A stretch of DNA of 56,652 nucleotides, the filler included, from Jimgerdemannia flammicorona (taxonomy: Eukaryota), in assembly GCA_003990765.1 (NCBI GenBank). It is 2 parts of 2 records of this genome, joined end to end, with 100 filler letters (N's around TTAATTAATTAA, not from the genome) between each part and the next. Parts side by side here need not be neighbours in the genome. Positions count along the whole stretch, not along the records: positions 28,379 to 56,652 come from RBNJ01000575.1; 1 more part is not named here. The stretch is one strand, 5' to 3'. Within the stretch, counting starts at the first letter, position 1, and the number at the start of each line of letters is the position of its first letter. The notes under the pieces are model-generated. The model saw only the letters and a program-made list of their open reading frames with translations. It had not been told where the DNA came from and did not search any database. Positions 48,940 to 56,652 of this stretch are shown piece after piece. The position numbers were made by a program, and so were the translations under genes.

Positions 48940-49238
48940 GCTCCTTTCTCTACTACCTTACTGGTTCCAATGTTTGGTAGACAACCTTCTGAGTCCCCTC
49001 TTATTATTACTTCCTCTATCTCAGATTGGTTTACTATATCTATAAAAGCATGATGAGAGGGAGGCAATAGTGTTAAGTTGTCTCTTTATTAGTATCAGAT
49101 CAGTGTCTTCTATACTTTTTTATAGTTTCTGGTGCCTTCAGCTGTATCTGGAGTATATTTGTTTTGATGTGGTGTCTTCTTTCTTTTGTTGTTATCAATG
49201 AGATATTATCTGATATATTATGAGCTATATATAGAGTT

Positions 49239-52200
49239 TACCACACCTTTCACTAGTAACATTCTGGTGACACAAGACTTAGATAACACTTTTTACAATT
49301 TTTTTGATGAAAGAAGACTATTAATATAGACAGCAATAAATATACTAGTGAGCATGTCAGTCAGGAGAGCAGTAGTATCTTTGACTAGCAGTATGTAGTG
49401 AGGAGGCAGAGAGATGGTTTGGAGATACCAGAGCCTTCTATAGCTGGCTGCAGTGTTGGTGGTAGAGGGAGGGGTGGATTGAGACAAGAAGAGAAGAGGA
49501 CAATCTTTGCTGATAAGGTCAAGATGGAGAGAATGGTATCTGGTCTGGATAGTTGGTTGGGCCTGGAGAAGATGTCAATAACTTCAGTTGGAGGACAGAG
49601 AGGGGTCTCATGGGAGGTTCAGACAGTAGGGGGAGGGGAAGAGTAGGGGCCAGAGATATGACTACTGATAGAGCTGTAACTGATAATCTGAAAAAAAATC
49701 CAGATGTGACAGTTGTTAGTGGATCAGGACAGAGAGAGGGTATGAGGCCCAGGGATCTGATAGATGGCATGACTGGCATGGTGTTGGCACTATTACTCAA
49801 AAAGTCAAGATTAGAATTTATTATCACATTATACTTCTGAGGCTTAGCAGTAACTGTAAGGATAATTTTAGAGTTAGTGATATAGAAGGCAAAGGGGGTG
49901 GCTTCAGTAAAGTTCTTAAAGAGGAAAGAAGGAGTTGTGGTTAGATTTGAAGAAGAGGTGTCAATGTTAGAGGCTATGAAGAAGGGAGTAATAGTGGGCA
50001 GAGTAGTGGTTTCTATGGTCAGATGTATATACTGAGATCCCTGAGTAGTATAGTTGATGGTATTGGATCTTCCTATGGTATCAAAAGAGAGGGCCAGAGA
50101 GCTGATTGTAGAGGTGGTCAAAGAGTATGAGGAGATTGTAGATGTAGGGTTCAGAGTCTGGGAGGGTACTGAACTCTAGACAGGAGATATCAACATCAGG
50201 GTGAGGCTGACTGAAAGAAAGAATATAGGGAAGACAAGGGACTGGCTGGCAACTCTTAAGTGGGACCTGGTTGAATGTAAGGTATTGTGGGTAAAAGAGA
50301 TGCCAGAGGAAGAAAAGGACTTGCTAGAGGCTCTCAAGGATCTGATAGGAGCAGTAGAGAGGAGAAGATTGGCTTAAAAGGAGTATGAAACCAAGACAGT
50401 AGTGGAGATTATAGATGGAAAGAGGATTAAGATGGACAAAGTGGCCTGGGAGAAGGCACAGGGGAGGCAAATCCAGAAAGAGCTGTTGGAGAAATTGGGA
50501 GAGAGTATAGTAGACAGTAGGGTAGGTGAAGGTAGTGCTAGATTGAGAGAGAGTGTCTGGGCTGGAGAGTACAGGCAAGCTGAGGGTGTGGTATAAGGTG
50601 GATCAAGCAAGGAGGGATAGGGTGGTGTGGAGGAGGATGCTGAAATGAGAGAGGGAGTATATCCTCAGTTTGATATCTTAGGTGGGGTCAGTGGTGAGGA
50701 GGAACTCCTAAATATACTAGAAGAGAAGTGGGATGAGTTAGGGAGGAGGAGAACTTTGGTAAACCCTGTGGTGGAGGTTGAAAGAGTCACCCAGAGTATT
50801 GCCAAGGCAGTGGATGAAGAGAAGTAGCTGTAGAAGACTCTGGAGGAGGTGGCAGCTAAGAAGCTGGGGGGAGAGAACTTCTGGGTTCTAAGTAATAAGC
50901 ACTGGAAGGAAATTCTCTATAGTGAGGAGGTGCCAAAAAAGATTAGAAATGAGATCCTAGTAGTACTCTTGGAGTTAGAGGAGTATCAGATTGATGATCA
51001 GAGAGAGGAGACCCTTTGAGAGATTGTGAATGACTAGACAGCATACTTGTAGGGATCAAGAAAGAGGTTGGAGAAGTGGAGATTGGTATGCATGGATTAT
51101 TGGGCAGAAATGGAGATGGTGGATGAGGTAGAGTATCAGGAAATCTTGGAAGCACTGAATGCTCAGGCTGTAGTGGAGGAGGAGTTGGAGATAGAGTAGC
51201 ACTTGGAGCTGGCTAGTGATGAGATGAGTATAGAGTACTAGAATGGATTCTCAATATCAAATATTATTCAATCTGAATAGTATAACTAGAATCTTTTCTT
51301 TGAATATGAATGGGTTGAGGGGCATGATATGGCAAAGAAATATCTTTAGCTGATTGAAGAGGCTAGATATAGATCTCTTCTTACTGCAGGATATGCAGTA
51401 TGAGGTAGATGTGAATTTACAGAACTGGACTAGAAAATGGGGTGAGGCAGCTGTGTGGACTGGGTGGGTGGGTATTCTGGTTTGAAAGGGAATGGGGGAC
51501 ATTGGGGATATTGGACATTGGGGGAGTAGATTGGTATGGGGAGTATAGAAGAGGCCTGGGTGGAACTCTTTGACTGTTGGGTCATATTATTATCTAGCTG
51601 AGAGGGGAGAATGTATAAATTGGATCAGAGACTTGAGAGAGGCTGGTATTATGGATAAGGCAGAGATTGATTGCCTGGGGGGTGATTTCAATATAGTATA
51701 TAATAATGGAGCAGACAGGACTAATGGTGGGAGAGGAATGAGAGATAGAAGTGGTGGATTGGATGATTGGATGGAGATTGAGAGATTGAGCTTCTTAGTT
51801 GACTCAGGGTGACAGTTTTGAGTAGATTGCTGAATTTATACTCACTTGGTGGCAGGGCTGGGCTCCAGGATCAACTGGGTATTGACAGTAGAGTGCTGGA
51901 GAGTGAATGTCTAGGATATACTGGAGGTGGTTTGGTGCCCATAGTCAGATCACTAGGGTCTGATAGGAAGTGGGAGATTTGGGAGAAGTGGGGATAGGCC
52001 TGAACATTGGCAATTGAATTCTTCTTTGTTAGAGGATGATTCCTTATAGATAGACTGGGAGGTGGAAGTTATTACAAAGATTAATAGGTGGCAGAAGCAG
52101 GAATTGGTGATTGGGGATCACTGGTAATAGCTGAAATCGAGTGCTCAGAGGTACTGGAGAGAGGCAAGGAAAGGAAGGAGTGTTCAGCAGTAGCAGCAAG

Positions 52201-55200
52201 TATTATGGGCTTCATGGAGATTGGCAGCACTTCTGGGGAGATGGGCAGAATTACTAGAGGATTGAGGGGTAGCTGATTGGCAAATTCTACAGATATAAAA
52301 AGAAGTAGATAAGCTAAAGAAAGTGTTACAAATAGAGAAAGAGGTTCAGCTGAAGAGAATAGTGGTGAGGTTGTGGTGGCAAGAGTTGGAGGAGAGAGAG
52401 AGACTTATTAGATTTCTTTCATGGTTGCTCTAAGCTCAGAGAACCAGATAACAGTGGAATGGTATTTTGGATGAGAATAGAGAGATGGTGGCAGGGACTC
52501 CTAAGATTTTGGAATTGCTGAGAACTTACTAGAGGAATTTATAGAGTGAAGAAGAAGGGGGTGAGAATGTCCTGAACATTGAATGGCAGTTGGAGAATTG
52601 GTATCTGGACCCAGCTCTGGGCCTGGGGATACTGGGAGACCCAGTGTAGGGGGAGGAAGTATGTAAGGTCTTGGCTTTGACAAGTAAGGGGACAGCTCTA
52701 GGAGAGGATGGACTTTCCTGGGATTTTTGGAAGAATGACAGTATTATTGGAGGAGATGATAGTAATGAGTAATGAGGTCCTTTGATCTGCAACTTGGATT
52801 GGGGGCCAGCACCTGGGGCTGGTCTCCTTACTCTATAAAGATAAGGAGAGAAGAGAGGATTAGAAGAACTGGTGGCCCATCATGCTCCTTAATATAGACT
52901 GCAAGCTGGTGATGAAGATCTTGGTAACTAAGCTGCAGGAGATCACTCAGTAGATACTAGGAGTAGAGCAGAGGGGATTTGTTAGTGGTCAGTTGATCTG
53001 AGATGAAACTGCCTGGGTCTATGGAGTGATTGAAGGGGCTCAGACAGCTGGAGTTGATGGCTGGTTAGTGTTTCTGAATCAGGAGAAGGCATACAACAAA
53101 GTGAGGAGGATTTGGCTGGAAGAAGTACTGAAATATGTATGAGTTCCCTCAGAGTTCAGAAGGTCACTAATTAGTCTATTGGAAAACAGTCATACAGTAT
53201 TAGTGGTAAATAAGCACAGAGGTGTGACTTTTCTGCTAGATTATGAGGTACCACAAGGGGATCCTTTGTAATCCATTCTATATATCCTTTCCTTAGAGCC
53301 CCTATTGGACAGGATCTGGTATTGAATTGGGGGTTTGAACATTTTGGAAGGTGGGGGCTTTTGCAGATGATATGATGGTTGGACTGAATTTATTAGAGGA
53401 TGTGAAGGAATTAAAAAGAACTGTGGAATAATATGAGAGGAGCTCAGATACTAAACTCAACTGGCACAAATGTGAGACTCTGGTGCTAGATGGCAGAATA
53501 GTTGGCAGTGATGTAATTGGAACAGTGGTTCTAGCAGAAGAACTGTTCTGGTACTTAGAGATCTACTTTTTGGTATATGGGTCCCTTCTGCCCTATGTAT
53601 AGTGGAAATAGCAGCTACTAGTATGAAGGAATATTCTCTTGAGGTAGAGTGGTCAGTATATATCCTTGGTAAGAAGGGTGATGGTACTGAATGTATATTG
53701 GCTACCAAAGCTATGGTATATGGAGTATCATCTAGACTTCCCAGCATGGGTGATCAGATGACTTCTGTAGATGACAAGATTATAGATTTGGGCCAGATAG
53801 TATAGTCAGATAGGCTGGGAGGTTCTGACTCTGCCTATTGACAGAGGCAGCCTGGACTTAGTGGACTTTACCAAGTACCTCCATTGTCTGAGAGTTTGGT
53901 GGCTGAAGAGGGCAAGTGAGTTGAGGGACCAGGAGTGGGTACCACTTATGCAGAGGGTGTTGGAAGTCTGGTATTCCCCTCATAGAGCAACTGGTGACCT
54001 GCTTGCAATAGTGGTCATAGACAGGAGTAAGAGGATGTGTTATAAAGGCTTTTGGTAGGGAGTGGTGGATGGTGTAAGGAGAATTGGACTTTGGTAGTGG
54101 GGTAATGAGGGGAGGGAGAACTAGAGACCACAGATGTGGAAATGGGATTAGCTACTACTGGGAGATATATTGGTGGAGGATTTTCAGGTTGATGATGGAA
54201 TTAGTGCTCCCAACGAATTGAATCAAATCAAATTTGGCCCAAACTTGATTCAATTCGATCAAATCAAGGGTCCAATTCAATTCGATTTGAACCTTAATTT
54301 TCAAAATGTAATAACTCGACGAAAACTCATCCAAATTTAACATATTTTAGCTTGTTAGATTCACCGTATTAATGTGATTCTAACAAGCTAAAGTATGTTA
54401 TATTTGGATGAGTTTACGCTGAGTTATTGCATTTTGAAAATTAGAGTTCGAATCAGACCCTCAATTCGATTCAACTTTTGATTTGATTCAAATTGATTCA
54501 AATTGAAAAATCCCCAATTCGATTCGACTCGTTTAACCCTCAATTCGATTCGATTCGAATTGATTCGACTCATTTGGGAGCACTAGATAGAATAGAATGT
54601 ATGTGGGGGCTTAGGAGAGACATATGGCCTGAAGCATAGTAAAGAGTGGGGATTGGGGAGGAGTGAGACTGAAATGGTGTTTGGCTTTGGAGCAAGAGGG
54701 TGATGCAGTGACTTCCTCCCAAGTTCTGGATAGTATGGTGGAGATTTTTAAGACAGAATGTAATGCTGAACTATCAGTCAGAGTACTTAATAACAGATGG
54801 GACATTTGAGTATAAGAAATACATAGACATTGGCCAGGAGGGGAGAGTGGTACAAATACCCAAACATTGGTTAGAGAAGTGTGAAGTTTTGGGAAGATTT
54901 TTGGTACAGTATTACTAGTAGACTGGGATTGCAGCCTCTGGTGGAGGAGGAAGGAGAGAGATGGGAGGACCTTCAGCATAGGTTGGTGGGCAGGGTTTGG
55001 AATAAATAGTTGACCTTGGGATAGGCCCTGGCAATTTGGGTGGGGCTGGCCAGTCATTGGCTTCATGTCTTTGAAGAGTTGCAGTTAGAGCTAGGGTAGC
55101 ATATTGGGAATGGTTATTACTTGACATTTTGAATGGTTGGTAGAAAGGGTGGGGATTGGGTAGGGGGGGCCATCAGAATTTAGTGAAATATATTTATAAG

Positions 55201-55373
55201 AAGAGTAAAGAGAGGGTTTGAGTGGTGAGTAGTTGGGTTGTCCCTCAGCAGAGAGAGATGAAGAGTAGGGAAAGAGATCCAAGGGATATTGGCTTACATA
55301 TACATTATTATTTATGGATTGAGTGGTAATAAATAGAAGTTTGAGTAACTATAAAAAAAAAAAAAAAAAAAAA
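49239..55373 (+). mobile_element. Full-length but heavily decayed L1/Tx1-like LINE copy C with 14-bp TSD
   Basis: TSD CTATATATAGAGTT (49225-49238) / CTACATATAGAGTT (55374-55387). Eroded ORF1. ORF2 from ~51290 (FSLNMNGLRG, GGDFN, GEDG, LNQEKAY, PQGDPL, FADD). AATAAA, AACTAT and 21 A. Confidence 0.92.
54202..54585. mobile_element. hAT-type MITE (384 bp, fold-back) inserted in LINE C
   Basis: TIRs TAGTGCTCCCAA…TTGGGAGCACTA. 8-bp TSD GATGGAAT/GATAGAAT. Long central palindrome near 54322-54415. Confidence 0.88.
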
Positions 55374-55804
55374 CTACATATAGAGTTAGCCAACTTTAGA
55401 TATCAAGTATCAGTATAGATTATCTGCAGATCTCTAGTATCTGTGGTTGGGCCCTTTGAGCTTTAGTGAGCTTCCTAGTAAGTATGGTTCTGATATAGGT
55501 AACTACTTTTAGAGTGAAGTCAGGATGGGAGAGGAGATAGCTATTATAGATAGGAGAAAGAGTGATTATAGTAGACCAGTAGGGTACCAGACTGGGAGTA
55601 GTCATTGGGGCTGGGGCAGATATTGTATCAGTGGGGCCTTCTAATTGATGTGGAGTAGTTGAGTAGTAGGTATCACTCTTGGCTGCTTTTGGTGATTTGT
55701 GGAATTGGGCTCTGGTTATTGAGAATGGTCAGGGGGTCTGAGACTACTCAGATTAGATGTCTTAGCTACACTTAACTAGAAGCTGACATAGCAATATAAT
55801 TGAG

Positions 55805-56374
55805 CACCCTTATACTCCACCCGAGCAATTTGGTATCATTGAGAAGAGTGTATATTACTCCAACATGCTCCAGACATCTCACCTCCCCTTCATCAAGCAG
55901 CTTCACCTCAAAACAGTCCTGGTTCTCTGTCCAGAATTGCCAACACAGCCAGCTTTGAATTTCTTTGATGAGAATGGGATCAAACTAATACACCTGGGCC
56001 TCCCTACCTGGAAACTGACTCAGCTGCCAAGTTGGTGACCTGTGAGTGATGAACTTGTCAAAGAAGGACTAGAGCTGGTCCTTAATTATTCCATTCACCC
56101 TATACTAGTCATGTGCATTTCCGGGATCCATGAAACTGGTATCATTATTGACTGCATTTGACATCTCCAAAACTGGAACTTTAGCTCTATCATCATAGAG
56201 TATCAAAGTTATGCAAGTAGTAAGGCACACTATATGAATGAGCAATTCATTAAACTCTATGACCTTGATCTCATAATGTTGCCATCAAATCTACTACCAT
56301 AGTTTGTTGAGCAGCAGAAAATATTGGAGGAAGAGGAGTTGGAATATGAACAAAGCTTCAACACCAAAAGCTAG
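55805..56374 (+). pseudogene. Intronless pseudogene of an OCA/SIW14-family (Y_phosphatase2) protein, OCA4-like
   Basis: One frame gives YTPPEQFGIIEKSVYYS…LHLKTVLVL…HPILVMCISGIHETG…LQNWNFSSIIIEY…NEQFIKLYDLDLI. Stops at 56036, 56159 and 56300. Missed by the ORF track. Confidence 0.85.
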
Positions 56375-56652
56375 AATTGAATGCAACCTGATTATTATGC
56401 ATAAAAGTCGGTAGTAGTACTCCGTAGGTACCTCCATCAATTTGAGCCTTTTTTTTTTTTTATTCACTTAGTGCAGCAGGATTTGTATAATATATACTCA
56501 GTGACAATATATGTGTATAATGTAAAAAGGTATAATGGTAGGTCACTAGACTTTGTGAAAGATTCTCAGCTAGGTTTCTTTGTTAGCAAAAAAGGTTCTG
56601 GTCAATTGAATAGGGAAATTTGCAATTCTTTTAATGGGAGAGCTATGAAAAA

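Larger units (their letters stand above)
48940..55804 (+). mobile_element. SINE-like element copy 3, split by a LINE into 48940-49238 and 55374-55804, 3' part missing
   Basis: Both halves align in order to copy 2. Similarity stops at about 55804. Confidence 0.78.

Overview
Eukaryotic, almost certainly fungal, genomic DNA; short GT-AG introns and the gene and TE content suggest an early-diverging lineage such as Mucoromycota (inference). Two CpG-depleted transposon-rich blocks (~1-33.1 kb and ~47.2-56.6 kb) flank a CpG-rich gene island (~33.2-47.2 kb). The TE blocks hold nested, decayed L1/Tx1-like LINEs, Ty3/Gypsy elements carrying dUTPase in two different positions, Copia relics, two MITE families, three copies of a ~1.2 kb non-coding poly(A) retroelement, a 100-nt scaffold gap, and an intronless pseudogene of an OCA/SIW14-family phosphatase. 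The island encodes a 9-exon cAMP-receptor-like 7TM GPCR and a 3-exon membrane protein. It also has a ~3.3 kb tandem duplication in which each copy carries (i) an intact 127-aa 8-Cys secreted protein of probable beta/gamma-crystallin-like fold, (ii) an upstream array of ~115-bp repeats that all keep CGG-N9-CCG, and (iii) a broken secreted phospholipase A2 gene whose two copies have complementary deletions. All calls come from reading and hand-translating the sequence; no database searches were run.
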